Shown: positions 11,790-25,837 of the stretch, piece by piece
How positions within the stretch are numbered: position 1 is the first letter of the stretch
How the letters are laid out: every line of letters begins with the position of its first letter
Source: Mobula hypostoma
Lineage: Eukaryota
NCBI RefSeq assembly: GCF_963921235.1
Contig: NC_086109.1
Coordinates: 18,230,001 to 18,294,000, forward strand
Direction: 5' to 3'
DNA length: 64,000 bases
The notes under the pieces: generated by a model
The model's database searches: none
What the model was told of the DNA's origin: nothing
The model's input: only the letters and a program-made list of their open reading frames with translations
Program-made: the position numbers and the translations under genes

Positions 11790-12860
11790 AAAACTCATGA
11801 TCCACCAGGCAGCACTGTTGCCTGCCCTCCCTGTTTCTGAAACCTGGACTGTTTTTAGCAGGAATTTCAAGGTAATGCTCTGTTGCTGCCAAATCCGCTA
11901 AATTCGCTGGTAAAACACCGCCAACATCGCCAGAGTGAGTTATCAGTTACACTCAGCCAGCTCCACTCGGCTGGCCGTGATGTTTATATACCCAGCAACA
12001 GACGTCCATAGTACTCATTCTTATCCTGAGAAGGACCACTAGGAGGACAGAAGAAAAGGATCAAGGGATAAAACCGAAACTTAAACTGAATAAATATCAT
12101 AAAGAATTTATAAAAATTGCATTGGCAGCAGCCAAGAAGGCTATAGCAGTTACTTGGAAATCGGATTCGTATTTAAGTATGCATCGTTGAAATAATGAAA
12201 TTTCTAGTTGTATTCCACTCGAAAAAATTACCTATAATTTAAGAGATAAATATGATACATTTTTGAATATTTGGCGCCCCTATTTACAAAAGATAAGATG
12301 GCATATTTAGTTGCTCCGATGATAAAGATGTTGGTCCCTTGGGGAAAGTAATAAATAAATATACTAAATTTATTTTGAATCCCATGGAGCATGTGGAAAC
12401 TTTCCAATATCCAGGCAGTTCTTCTTTTTTCTTTTTTTTTTCAGGTAGGGATATACATCGGGGTGAAGGGTTAAGGGGAGGGGGGAGGGTAGATATTATC
12501 ATTCTATGTAATCACTTTGAAAACTCAATAAAAATTATATTTTAAAAAAAGGATATGCCTTGAAGAAATGCACTGCTCCCACAGGCTTCTGTGAACCTCT
12601 AGCCAGTGACTGCTTGCAGCAGAAAAGAAAGATTTGTGATGGTACTGAGATCCCTGAATCCATTTGCCGAATGCACACAGAAACCCTGTCCAAATGTCAG
12701 AAGCAGCACATCACCTCACAAACAACACACTTGCCTGCCCTGCCAGGCACCTGCTGCCACACTGTGGAAAGATCTACACTTCCAACATTAGGCTCATTAG
12801 CCGCAATAGAATCCACAAAGCTCGAATGGAGGCAAGTTATCCTCAGTTCCCAGTGAATGC
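11790..12860 (+). mobile_element. Decayed RTE-clade LINE 3' part, interrupted by an L1 fragment
   Basis: KLMIHQAALLPAL..SETWTVFSR, GGQKKR..KD | LKKC and terminal CGK..SNIRLISR motifs typical of RTE ORF C-terminus. Confidence 0.6.
12075..12550 (+). mobile_element. L1/Tx1-clade LINE 3' end
   Basis: KIALAAAKKAIAVTWKSDS...IPLEKITYNLRDKYDTFLNIWRPYL, then 3'UTR with AATAAA and A-rich tail. Confidence 0.75.
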
Positions 12861-12999
12861 CTGAGGAGATGTGGAATACCATTAGAAGTGATAGAAGAAA
12901 ATAATCCTTTCAGACACTGAATGATCTGGCATTGTGTCCAAGATACAAGGTGTGGCACTCACCTGTATCTTAATTCAGGTAGTAAAATAGTGTGATGGG

Positions 13000-14380
13000 T
13001 GCAGCTAGATGAACAGTGCCTCATATTGCACCTGGGGAACCTACAATCTAGGGCAATAAAACGCTGAACCCTCTAACTTTCGATACCTGCTCCCCCTCTT
13101 ACTCTTCCTTCCTGATCTTCATGGCCTCCATTGTCCTGTCTTTTTCCATCCCGCACCTTCTCCATCTGCCCATCATCCACACACTCCTCCCATTGGTTCC
13201 CCTATCCTATTACTCACCTCTGCCCTCCTCACCTCTTTTATTATTCAATACTCTACCTTCCTATCAGATTCCTCTATCTTCAGCTTTTTGTCACTTCTAC
13301 CAATCACTTCCCAGTTTACAAAGGTAGTCCCACTGTTCCCCATTACGCCATCTGCCTATCACCCTTTTTCCTTGATACACCAGCCTCCAGCCACCTCTTA
13401 CCCCGCCATTTCCTTCACCTTTTTGTACAGCTACCTTTAAAGCTCTTTAAAGATTAGCTTCATTTGTCACGTGTACATAAAAACATATAGTGAAATTCAT
13501 TATTTGCTTCAAATCAAATCAATAAGGAGTTGCTAGGGTCAGCTTCCATCACCAACATAGCATGCTACAGCTCACTGCCACGAACCCATACATCCTTGGA
13601 ATGTGGGAGAAAAATTAAGAACCCGCAGGAGAATAGGGGGAATGTACAAATTCCTCACAGAAAACCAAAGTCAAAGTCAAATTCAAAGTAAATTTGTTAT
13701 CAAAGTACATACTGTATATGTCACCATATATTATATTGAGACTTATTTTCTTGAAGTTAGTTTATAGAAAAATAAATGCAATCAAATTTATGAAAAGCCA
13801 TACATAAACAAAGACTGACAAACAGCCAATGTGAAGCAGATGACAAACTCTGAAAATAAATAAATAAACAAACCAGTAAATAAACACTGATAACATGAGC
13901 TGTAAAGTTCTTGAAGAGAGAGCAAGTCTGTCGGTTGCGGAATCCGTTCTGAATTGTGGTGAGTGAAGTTATTCATGCGGGTTCATGTGCCTGATAGTTT
14001 TAGGGTTATAACTGTTCCTCAGTCTGCTGGTGTGGGACCCAAGGCTCCTGTACCTCCTGCCCGATGGCAGTAGTGAGAAGAGATGGCCTGGATGGTGGGG
14101 GTCTTTGATGTTGGATGCTGCTTCCTTGTGTCAGCACTCCCTGTGAATGTGCTCAATGTTCGGGATACTTTGCTTGGGACGGGTTGGGCTGTACCCATTA
14201 CTTATAGTAGGCTTTTCTTTTCCTGAGGTGGGAATTGAACCCTGATCTTATAGCTGGCACAGTGATAGCATTAGGCTAACTGCTATGGTACCATACCTAC
14301 CCCCTACCTTTTAATTTCAGATGAAGGGTCTCGACCAAAACATCAACTGTCCATTTCCCTCCATAGATGCTGCCTGCCTC
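13000..14380 (+). mobile_element. Old Penelope-like 3' end split by nested SINE and Rex1-tail insertions (~13440-14295)
   Basis: GIY-YIG C-end remnant at 13005-13080, pyrimidine-rich UTR to ~13435, resuming at ~14300 with decayed hammerhead (agatgaagggtctcgaccaaaacatc) and gatgctgcctg. Confidence 0.55.
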
Positions 14381-14629
14381 TAATTGTTACTGTGTTAGGC
14401 AATGTAGCTGCCTTCCTGCTCAGTGACCAGGGTTCTATGCTGACCCCCAGCACAATCAGTTTGGAATTTGTATTTTCCCCTTGTGAGACACAAGCTTCCC
14501 TGAGTTGCTCTGTTATCGTACAATGTCCCACAGGCCAACTGGTTATCAGATTTACATGCTAATGTAAATTTGCCTGAGTCTATAAGACTGGTGGAAGCAT
14601 CAGAAAGAATTTTACCCAGAGTACAGGAG

Positions 14630-15210
14630 TCTAAGGAGCTCAAAAGTCAGGAGGTCATGTTACAACTTTATCGAGTTCAAAAGTCATGAGGTTATCTTAA
14701 AACTTTATAAAATCCTGGTTAGGCCACATCCGGAGTATTGCACACAGCTCTGGTTGCTCTACTAGAGGAAGGATGTGGAGGCTTTGGAGAGGGTGCAGGA
14801 GAGGTTTACCAGGATGCTTCCTGGTTTACAGGGCATGTGCTATCACGAGAGGCTGGATAAACTTGGGTTGTTTTTTTTTCTGGAGCATCAGAAGCTGAGT
14901 AGAGATTTGATAGAGGTTTACAAGATTATGAGAGGCATAGATAGAGTGGACAGAGAATATCTGTTTCCCTGGGTTGAAATGTCTAATGCCAGAGGGTATA
15001 TATTGAAGGTGAGAGGGAGTAGGCTCCAGGGGAATGTGAGGGGGAAATTTTTTTACTCAGAGAGTGGTGGATGCCTGGAATGCACTGCCTGGTATGAACA
15101 TGGTGTAGGTAGGAAGGATTAGTGTTTAGGTGCTTTTTATTTGCTTTTTAGCTGGTTCAGCAAAACACTGTGGGCAGAATGGCCCAATCCTGTGCCATGT
15201 TCTATGCTCT
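14630..15210 (+). mobile_element. CR1 LINE 3' fragment
   Basis: LERVQERFTRMLPGL...RDLIEVYKIMRGIDRVD; CR1 3' stem-loop and ttctatg tail. Confidence 0.85.
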
Positions 15211-15244
15211 AAAATAAAAGGCATAAGTTTAAGGTGACTGTAAT

Positions 15245-15610
15245 AAGACCATGAGGCATAGGAGCAGAATTAGGCCATTTAGCCTATCGAGTTTGCTCTG
15301 CCATTCCTTCATGGCTGTTTAATTATCCCTCTTATCTCCTTTCTCCCGTCTTCTCCCTGCAAGCCCTGATGCCATTACTAATAAGAACCTACCAACATCC
15401 GCTTTAAACTTGGCCTCCACAGCCATCTGTGGCAATGAATTCCACAGATTCACCACCCTCAGGCTAAAGAAACTCCTGCTCAGCCCTGTTCCAAAGGGAC
15501 GCCCTTGCATTCAGGGACTGTGCCATCTGGTCCTCGACTCCACCTACTATCGGAAACAAGCTCCGCTCTGTCAAGGCCTTTCAACTTTTGCTGGGTTTCA
15601 ATGAGAGCCC
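15245..15610 (-). mobile_element. CR1 LINE 3' fragment
   Basis: FFSLRVVNLWNSLPQMAVEA and CR1 3'UTR. Confidence 0.8.
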
Positions 15611-16604
15611 AAATGATCTCACCGGTGAGAGAGGGAAAAGAGTTAAAGGTGACCTGGGGGGGGGGGGGCAAGTTTTTCACTCGGAGAGTGTTAGGTATAT
15701 GGAATGAGCTGCCAGAGGAAGATACGATAGCAGCATTTAAAATATATATGGACAGATACATGAATAAGGAAAAGCTTAGAGGGATAGGGATCAAATACAG
15801 CCAAGTGGGACTAGCTTAGATGGGCATCTTGGTCTGCCAGGAAGAGTTGAGCTGAAGTGCTGGTGTCCATGTTGTATGACTCTATAATGGTGTTAGAAAT
15901 GACTTCTTCACACAAAGAGTAGTGGAGATCCCATAAACTATAGGGGTTGGGTTAAATTGAAATTTCAGATCTTGGAGCGTAGGTCATGCAAAGTCATTAA
16001 TAAGAATGGTTAGAAAATACTGTTAGGATGCAGATCAGCTATGAGGTAATTTAGTGTTGGAAGCGGAACGGCTTTCTCCTTGGTCAGGTTCTACATGGAA
16101 CACTGCAGTTAGTCCATAATGGTGGCCGGAAAGTGGACCAGCTGAAGTTTGGGGTGTGCAGCCATTGGGGACCTGGACCTTGATATAAGCATGCACTTGG
16201 TGAAGATTCACTGGAAGCAAAGAGGGAAAAGACACACCCAGGAGTCAGTTAGCACTCAATGTGGTCAATGCTGACCTACAGTTAAAGTGTCTGTACATGG
16301 CACATGGATGATAGAAAAATGGATGGTTAAAAGGTCAGTACAGCATTGTGGGCTGAATGGCCCTGTTCTTTGCTGTAACGTTCTATGTTCTAATTCATTA
16401 ATTTCTTGTAGACAAAATCCAATGCGGCTCCGTATCCTAGTATCCTAGTAACAGTCATTTTGCCTTTAGTCTCTGGCAGTCTGCTGTGCCGGTGCCTCAT
16501 AAATCATCGGGACAAACAATTTAACTCCTCCTGCCTCTGGTTTTCCATCACATGATTCTCCAAAAGAGAGGGAAGGGCTTCAATCAATATCCAAAAATCT
16601 GTTG

Positions 16605-16945
16605 TAGCGCACGCAAAATGCCAGAAGAATTCACTAAGTCAGACAGCATCCATGGAGGAGGATAAACAGGCAACGTTTCAGGACAGGACCTTTCGTCAGG
16701 ACTGGAAAGGAAGGGGGGAGAGGCCAGAATAAGAAGGTAGGGGAGGAGGGGAGGAGCACAAGCTGGCAGGTGATAGGCAAGTCCAAGTGGGAGGGCAGGT
16801 GGGTGTGGGAGTGGAGATGAAGTAAGAAGCTGGGAGGTGATAGGGGACAAAGTAAAGGGCTGAAAAAGAAGGAATCTGATAGGAGAGAACAGTGGGCCAT
16901 GGGAGAAAGGGAAGGAGGAGCAAACCAGATGAGGTGATGGACAGC
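16605..16945 (-). mobile_element. Penelope-like terminal repeat with hammerhead motif at 16667-16704
   Basis: Minus: cagtc-CTGACGA-aaggtcctgtcct-GAAA-cGTT-gcctg within the same purine/pyrimidine-biased UTR. Confidence 0.7.
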
Positions 16946-18449
16946 AATTCTGAGCGTTTTGGCTATCAGGATTGCACTGTCAGGAAGTGGGGGAGGGGTA
17001 AGGGTGAGGCACAATAAAATGCTGAGCGATGGTAATGTAGAGCAGATGAATGACAGGCACGAGATCACTGGTCAGTCAGTGTTGGGGGGGGGGGGGGTGG
17101 TGTGGCAAATCGAACAATGCCTAAAGCTACTGGAGTGGTTGCTAGGATATGGCATTTGAACAGGCACTTGGTGACCTTGACCACCCATGTTTGATCGCTG
17201 AAATCCCTGCAGTACTCAGATCAGTGGGATTTGACTCCTGAACATGGAGCTGCCAGTGGCTGTGGAGAATTTATCTGGTGGGCTGTCTCTCCACTGCAAC
17301 AAAAACACCGGGCATCACTCCTCATCTGAACTGCCCCCGTAGATCACCACACAACAGAAATAGGCCCTTTCGCCCATCTAGACGATTAATCTGCCTACTC
17401 CCATCGACTTGCACCTGGACCACTGCCCTCCATAACCGTCCCATCCATGTACTTACCCAAATTTCTCTTAAATGTTGAAATTGAACCCACATCCATCGCT
17501 TCTGCTGGCAGCTTCTTCTACACTTGTACCACCCTCTGAGTGAAGAAGATCCCCTCAGGTTCCGCTTTCACCTTTCACTCTGAACTTATGACCTCTAGTT
17601 CTAATCTCAGTGCAGAACAGCCTGCTTGCATTTACCCTATCTATACCGCTCATAACTTTGCATACCTGTTTGTATTCCATGTTTCTAGTTATTTAGTAAC
17701 TCGTCAATAGAGGTACGTACATCCACCCTTGAATGCCCATTAGAAAGAGCTAGTGAGCTATAGTGCTGAATCATTGCAGTTTGTGTGATGAAGGTGTTCT
17801 CACAGTGTGGCTGGGTGGGACATTCCAGTGTATAGGCAGAGCAAAAAGCAACAAATAGATTTCCAAGTCTGGATAACATGTGACTTGAATGGAAATTTGC
17901 AACTGGTGTTCCAATGCATATGCTGCCCTTGTCCTTGCCTGAAGCCACAGACTGAGGGCTGGCATGTCGTTGGAGTCTACAGTCCTGCAGCATGAGTTTG
18001 CTCTTTGCTGCCAGTGGAGTAAGTACGAGCAGAGGATTAGATGCTCAGTCAAGCGTTCTGCTTTGCCTTGGACGATCTTGAACTTCACTTCAATGTTTCT
18101 GCGCTCTGATTCACTTGTACAAGCAATGACTCTAACCACAGTACACACCCCCCACCAGCACAGTCTACACTTCTCACTGTTTCGATGCAGCAGCCAGAAT
18201 AATCAAAGACATTCTCCCTTCTCCCTCCACCCATTGGGCAGAAAGTACAGGAGTCTGAAAGCACCTACCACTAGCTTCAAGGACAGCTTCTACCCCTGTT
18301 ATCAGCTTCTTGAATGGGACCTCTTGCACGATAAGATGGGCTCTTAGTTTCACAACCTACCTCATCATTCACATTCCGGTTCAAATTCAGATTTAGATTT
18401 ATTTAGCACAACAGCGTCGTCACATGCAGTGAAACACATGGTTTGCATT

Positions 18450-20594
18450 TTCATTTTTAAATCTTTTTATTAATATAATCTTCTACAGCTAAAAATACAG
18501 AAATTCAGTAAATGAGTATATATATAATTAATAGAGCTGGAAAAAAACCATATATGTACTAATGGAAAAAAAAATTTATAAAAGAAGAAGGAAAAAAGAG
18601 AACCCCAGCTAACTAAAAAAAACCCCACTAACTATAACACAAAAGAGAAAAAAAACCCATTAAGAACCAACTCCCAGAGCGATACATCTTACAATCATTT
18701 ATATATATAAAAAGAAAAAGAAAACAACAACCACCAAATCACATTTATATAATATAAAATTGGAAGGAAACCATGTAACTTGATTCAAATTAAATGATAA
18801 TATTTAGCAAAAGAGCCCCACCTTCTCTCAAAATCAAATAGGGGGTCAAAAGTTCTACTTCTAATTTTTTCCAAACTAAGACATTACTTGGGAAAACCAT
18901 TGAGTTAATGTAGGAGCAGAAGTATCTTTCCACTTCAATAAAATAGCTCTTCTTGCCAACAATGTGACGAATGCAATTACATGTTGGTTTGAAAATGAAA
19001 TACCCTGAATATGATGCGGAACTATTCCAAATAGAACAGTCAATGTATTAAGTTGTAAATTAATTTTCAAAGCTTTAGAAATTATAGAAAATAAAGATTT
19101 TCAAAAAGATTTCAACAAAGGACATGACCAGAACATATGTGACAAAGTAGCTACTTCATTTTTGCACCTATCACAGTAATTATCTATATTAGGGAATATT
19201 TTGGATAGTCTCTCCTTTGTTAAATAGTAGCAGTGAACAATTTTAAACTGAATTAAACAATGATTGCACATATTGAAGAAGAATTAACCATTTTCAAAAC
19301 TCGTGACCAGTCTTCATTAACAAAAGTCATATTAAGTTCTCTCTCCCAATCTTGTTTAATTTTTAGTGAGAGGTTATCTTTTTGTAGTAAAAATAAATTA
19401 TAAATTCTACCAATGGAACCTCTCACTAAGGGATTCATATTCAAAATAGTGTCCAACAAATCAGGTTCTTGCATATATGGAAACGTAGAAACATATTTTT
19501 GTAAAAAATGTCTGACCTGTAAATATTGCAAGAAATATGTGTGAGAGAGAGAATATTTACTAATTAACTCTTCAAATGACATCAATGACCATCGGTAAAT
19601 AAATCTGCAAAAGAACAGATCCCCTTATTTCTCCATAAAAGAAAAATGGGATCGGTAATTGAAGGTTTAAATAGCAAATTTCGAAATACAGGACTAGACC
19701 ATTTAAATTGTTTGAAATTAAAGAAATTGCAAAACTGAAACCAAATCCATAAGGACTGTTTAATAACAGGGTAGAAATCTTAGGTCTCCCTTCTTTTTAC
19801 TTCCACGAGGTACTCGACAAGGGTGTCCATTAAGTCCTTTATTATTTAATCTCGCATTGGAGCCTTTGGCTATAACAATTCGCGAAGCTAAAAATATTCA
19901 TGGTATTTCTATAAATGGGACCATACATAAGATTTCTCTTTATGCAGATGATCTTTTGGTTTATATATCAAATCCTGAAGAATCTATTCCTGATCTTTTG
20001 GAATTATTGATTGATTTTGGAAAATTTCAGGATATAAACTTAACTTAAATAAAAGTGAATTATTCCCTTTAAATGTTCCTGTTTTTATATATAAGGATAT
20101 TCCATTTAGAATTGTGTATTTTTTTAAGTATTTGGGTGTTATTATTACAAAAAACTATAAAGATCTTTATAAAGCTAATGTAGTTCCTTTATTGGACTCT
20201 ATGAAACAATTATTTTCTAGATGGAATCCTCTTACACTTTAATAGGTCGTATTCATGCCGTGAAAATGATGATTTTACCTAGATTTTTATACATTTTTCA
20301 AAATATACCTATTTTTCTAACCAAAAAATGTTTTGATCAAATTGATTCTACTATTTTGTCCTTTATTTGGAATAATAAAAAACCAGGAGTTAATAAGTTT
20401 CAATTACAAAAATCGAAAAAAGAGGGTGGACTCGTGCTACCTAATTTAAGATTGTATTATTGGGCTGTTAATTATGTTTTTGGTAATATTGGCTCAATAA
20501 GAACCAAAAACCAGCTTGGATTGATTTAGAATTTAAAGCTATTAATCAACTATATTTAACTTCATTATTAGGAGCTCCATTACCTTTACAACTT
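18450..20594 (-). mobile_element. 5'-truncated L1/Tx1-clade LINE with 5' inversion
   Basis: 18450-~19783 minus: ORF2 C-terminus incl. CDRCKNEVATLSHMFWSC zinc knuckle and 3'UTR; ~19776-20594 plus: RT RGTRQGCPLSPLLF, ISLYADDLL; 9-bp TSD GTTTGCATT at 18441-18449 and 20595-20603. Confidence 0.85.
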
Positions 20595-22256
20595 GTTTGC
20601 ATTGACAACCAATGCACCCTTGTGATCTTGCACTGTAGCTTTTACACTTAATTCTGTACTGTTGTTGTTTTACCTTATTCTTTCCCACTGCACTGTGCAA
20701 TCATTTGATCTGTATGCACAGTACACAAGACGAGCTTTTCACTGTGTCTTGGTACGTGCAGCAATAATAAACCAGTTTCAATAACAACTCTTGAGATGCA
20801 GGTAGATTTTTACCAGAAGAGCATCAAGGAGCCGCTGGTGGAACTCAGGGGTCAGGCAGCCTCTGTGGAGGAAAATGGACAGTCAATGTTTCGGGTCAGG
20901 ACCCTTCATTTGAATCGAGTGATGGAGGGGAAAGAGGTGAGGGGGAGGGTGGTGTGAAGGTTGGCAGGTGAAAGGTGGAGTTAGTGATTACTCTTATTGA
21001 AGGGTCCTGGCATGAAATGCTAACTGTTTATTCCTCTCCTGACTTGCAGAGTTCCTCCTGCATTTTCTGTGTGTCACGTGGAAGGTAGATCCCAGTGAGG
21101 AGGAGTTAATTGGTAGGAGAGTGAAGGGTGGGGATCATGACAGAGGCTGGGAGGTGCCACCAGTAGCATAAAGTTGTGGGAGCACCAGTGATCGGGTTCA
21201 ATTCATGCTGCTGTCTGTAACGAGTTTGGAGATTCTGTCTGTGACTGTGGATTTCTTTCAGGTACCACAGTTTCCTCCCACTCCAGAGATGTATAGGTTA
21301 GTCACATGGGTGTAATGGGACGGTGTGGACTCATTGGGCCAGAAGGGCCTGTTACCATGCTATATATCTAAATAAAGTAACATAAATAAAGGAATATAAT
21401 AGAAAAGAAATTTGTTGGAACTAAAGGAGGAAAATGGTAGGAGGGGACCTATGGGAGGAGTGTGTGAGAAATGGGGGCTGAGGTGGAGGAGGGGGTTTGG
21501 TAAGAAGACCATGCCCATGAAGGCCTTGATAGGTTAGGAAGAGAGAGAAGGGGACATTGGAGGAGAATGCTACCTGAAATTAGAGAATCCAATGTTCACA
21601 CCATATCCAGTCGGAACATGAAGTGCTGTTCTTCTAAACTGCATTTGGTGTCACCCTGGCCATACAGGAGAGCGAAGACAGACAGTTCGGTGGGGGAATT
21701 AAAGATTTAAGGTGAAGTGTATGAGGTTTAGAGAGGACCTAAGGAAGATTTTCTTATCCAGAGGTTTGTTACGATCAGGAAAGCACTGTTTGAGAAGTAG
21801 GTAGAGGCAAAGATTTACAACATAAGAGGATCTGCACAATCACTAGAATAATAAAGGCATAATTGGGCACAGATTAAGTGGTAATAAATGGGATTCATAT
21901 GGAATGGTCATCATTATTTACTCGGTGGTTTGTTCTGTGCTTCATAATTCTTTAATTCTGAATATTTCCTTTGTCTTATCCATATTTTCTCTACTTATGC
22001 TGCTACTTAGACTAACAAGTATTTTTCCTCCTTTCCAGTTCTGACAAAGGGTCATTGACCTGAAAAAATAACTCTTGTTTGTCTTTGCCCAGATGCAGCC
22101 TGACCTGCTGAGTGTTTTCAGCACTTTGTGTTTTTAATCCTCAGCCTCATGCCCGTTTTTGTGGACAGTGCAATTTAGCTCTGTTATCTGCTTGTTGAAG
22201 CCGTTCCTGTCTGTCGGAATCAGAATCCGGTTTTTATCGCTGACAGAAATCGTGAG

Positions 22257-22470
22257 AAGCCGGCCGGTGGAGCAGTGGCATCCGCACCTGACTTCGACGC
22301 GAGCGGTCCCGGGGTCTGAATCCGGCCGGCTCCTTGCAAGCTTTCCATCCGTGCTGGGTTGAGTGTCGAACTAGCAACTTGGCCTCGAAAGAACTGGACA
22401 AAAAAATTGCTGCAGAAACGGCAAGGTTGCCACCCGATGCGTCACAGGGTGCGGAAAGGAACAACATATA
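22257..22470 (+). mobile_element. tRNA-derived SINE
   Basis: A box GGTGGAGCAGTGG, decayed B box, body ctttccatccgtgctgggtt shared with the SINE at 52557-52806; imperfect TSD atcgtgaga/attgtgaga. Confidence 0.65.
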
Positions 22471-23698
22471 TTGTGAGAGTTGGTGTTTTGTGGCAAGACA
22501 TAAAAATTACGATAAGTTGCCAGAGAAATGAGTAAATAGCGCGAACGAGCAGCAGCAAGATGGTATTCATGGGTTCAGGGAACATTCAGAAATCCGATGG
22601 TGGAGGGGAAGAAGCTGTTCCTAAAACTTGAGTGTGCATCTGCACACTCCTGTACTTCCTCCCTGATGATAGTAATGAGATGAGGGCATATCCTGCATGG
22701 TGAGGGTCCTTAATGATGGATCCCACCTCTTGAGATACCAGCTTTTGAAGGTGACCCTCCTGGGCACACACTGGCCACCATGTATCCTATATCACAACAT
22801 AGCACAAAAGCTTAAATAGCCAAATAAATGCAGATCGTTTTCTCATCCCTTACTTATTTTGCAACAAGTTATGATTGACTAAACTAACTTTTTCCTCCTA
22901 TTGAAATTAAAAGGTATTCAACGATGAATATTTAATCATCAGTGCTCACAGACGGGGTAATATAGTTCCAGCATGATGCTCTGAATGCAAGACAGTTAAG
23001 TTTTTTATTCACTCAGTCACTCAGAGGAAGGTGCCACTAGTTAATCTATAATCTGGGATTAAATCTGTATGCTTGTCACCCAACCAAAGACGACAAATGA
23101 GCAAACACACGTCATCTGCTAAGTGCAGAAAGAAAAGGCTGCAACGTCAGTGGAAGGGATTACTTGTATGTCTGTTATTTCGTTTATGAGCTCTGAGTGT
23201 CCCAGAGCTCCATACTTTGTAATATGCTGTATGGCCACGATAACTCTCCAGCAAATGTGGAAGCTATTTCTGCACAGTTGGATCCCACACACTGTAATGG
23301 GTTAACTGATCAGGTAATCTCCTGTACCTGGTAGTTTCAGGGTAGATAAGGTAAAGTCCATTTGGTATTTTCCCTCATCGGTATTGACTCCTTTCTGTCA
23401 TCACAGACTCTGTCACAGGAGAAACCCTTCACACCAATGAGCACTGCAATATCTGTCATCAAGCGCCCTCACCATCCAGACCATGCTCTCTTCTCGCTGC
23501 TGCTATTGGAAAGGAGGTCCCACACCACCAGTTTCAGGAACAGTTATTACCCCTCGACCATCAGGCTCCTGAACCAGTGAAATAACTGCACTCAACTCAA
23601 CACTGAACTGGTCCCTGAGCACAACCTACAGAATCATTTTCAGAGACTCGAAACACATGTTCTCAATATTATTTATTTATTATTACTCTCTTTTTTTG

Positions 23699-24398
23699 TG
23701 TAAGGGGGTTTCGACTTTTATGTTACTGCGGAGGCTAATTAAAATGGCGTCTTTGTTATGTTAATCTGGGGAATGCGGCTTTGTTGTGCTAAACGTTGAG
23801 AAAGTTTGCACTAGCAGATTGTTTTTCCTTTAGAGTGTGATAAGAGAGTGCTATTAACCAATTGGGATAGTTGTTATGGTTTTGGTGTATTTGAAGATAC
23901 TGTATGCGCAGGGTTTTGGGCCAGAAGGCGGGAGAGCGAGACAGAGGATGGACCAGGTGCTGTGAGTCCGCTAACGGGGTCGGACCCCGAGCGGGACGTT
24001 CGGCAAGGAGACGGAGACGGACTCCTGTGGAGCGTCTGGTCGACCACCGTTGTTGGTCCCAGGTGGCCGGTCGAGGTGGTCCGAGGGGGTCGCAGGGTGA
24101 AGAAGAAGGTCCTTGAGCTCCAACGGGTTTTGTGCACGAAGAGATTGAACTTTGATAAGTGTGGCACCTTTTATTTTCCTTTTATATTTTATTCTTTTTT
24201 AATTATATAGTTCCAGTAATATCTATAAACTGTAAATCATTTAATTGCATCTGGTGTATTGTCTGTTATTTGGATGGGGTGGGGTACCTCACACAGCATC
24301 CACACAAATGAATTATCCAGTTTGCCAGGGCTGAGGCTGTTTCCCTAGACAACAGTGAGCCGAGCGACCCTGAGGGTGGCCGGGGGGTGGGGGCTACA
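23699..24398. mobile_element. Solo LTR (700 bp), probably Gypsy-type
   Basis: TGTAA...CTACA termini, 4-bp TSD TTTG (23695-23698, 24399-24402), inserted into a Rex1-tail repeat that resumes on the other side; CpG-rich interior. Confidence 0.8.
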
Positions 24399-24857
24399 TT
24401 TGTATTTGCACAGTTTGCCTTCTTTTGGACATTGGTTGCTTGTCAGTCTTTTTTGTGGTGTTTTTCAATGATTCTATTGTATTTCTTTGTCCTGCTGGAA
24501 TGTTTGCAGGAAAGTAAACCTCAGAGTAGCATATGGGTGCCATATACATGTGTACTTTGATAATAAATTGACTTTGAACTTTGAGCCTTTGCACTTATTC
24601 ACCTACTAACCATCCTTGAGATAGGGACATCCTGTGACAATGATATTACTTGTTGGCTATACATGATTGCCAAGAAGTGTGCAGGAGATTTAGAATTCAG
24701 ACTGGAGTGAGAGACCAGAGGAAGCACAGGTGCATGTTAACCACAGTGACAGAGATCAACACCACAGAAACAGGCCCTTTGGTGAACAGGTTTGTGCTGA
24801 TCGACGAACACCCATTTTGCGTTAATCCTCTGTTTATATTATCCCCACTTTCCCATC

Positions 24858-25170
24858 GTGTGGGCACGTGGCCAAGTGGTTAAGGCATTGGACTAGCTAC
24901 CTGAAGATCGTGAGTTCGAGCCCCAGCCGAGGGAACGTGTTGTGTCCTTGAGCAAGGCACTTAATCACACATTGCTCTGCGATGACACTGGTGCCAAGCT
25001 GTATGGGTCCTAACGCCCTTCTCTTGGACAACATCGGTGTCGTGGAGAGGGGAGACTTGCAGCATGGGCAACTGCTGGTCTTCTATACAACCTTGCCCAG
25101 GCCTGCGCCCTGGAGAGTGAAGACTTTCCAGGTGCAGATCCATGGTCTCGCAAGACTAACGGATGCCTTT
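24858..25170 (+). mobile_element. tRNA-derived SINE
   Basis: A box TGGCCAAGTGG, B box GAGTTCGAGCC; 11-bp TSD ACTTTCCCATC at 24847-24857 and 25171-25181. Confidence 0.85.
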
Positions 25171-25837
25171 ACTTTCCCATCAAATCCACTGGGATTCTAC
25201 CACTCACCTATGCATCAGGTAGTAGCCCTCTCAATCCCATTCTCCTGTCTTCTCCCCATAACGTTTGATGCCCTGACTAATCAAGAACTTAGCAACCTCT
25301 GCTTTAAATATACTCAATAACTGGGCCTCCCCAGATACACCATCCTCTGGCTACAGAAATTCCTCCTCAATACTGCTCTAAATGGACATCCCTCTTTTCT
25401 GAGGCTGTGCCCTCTGGTCCTAGACTCACCCACTATAGGAAACATCCTCTGCACATTCACTCTCTCTAGGTCTTTCAATATTCAATAGCTTTCAGTGAGA
25501 TCCTCCCTCATTCTTTTAAACTCTAGCAAGTACAGGCCCTGAGCCATCAAACACTCTTCATACATTAAACTTTTCATTCCCAGAATCACTCTTGCGAATC
25601 TCCTCTGGACCCCCTCCAATGCCAGCATACCTTTTCTTAGATAAGAGGTCTAAAGCAGCTCACAATACTCCAAGCACAGTCTGACCAAAGCCTTATAAAA
25701 CCTCAGCAGCACATACAGTATTATGTCCTTATTCTTATAATCTAGACTCCTCAAAATGAATGCTAACATTGAATTTACCTTCCTTATTACCAACTCAACC
25801 CGCAAATTAACCTTTAGCTAATCCTACACAAGGACTG

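Noticed and set aside
23848..24210. Overlapping ORFs in GC-rich segment
   Set aside because: Inside the solo LTR; no gag/pol motifs
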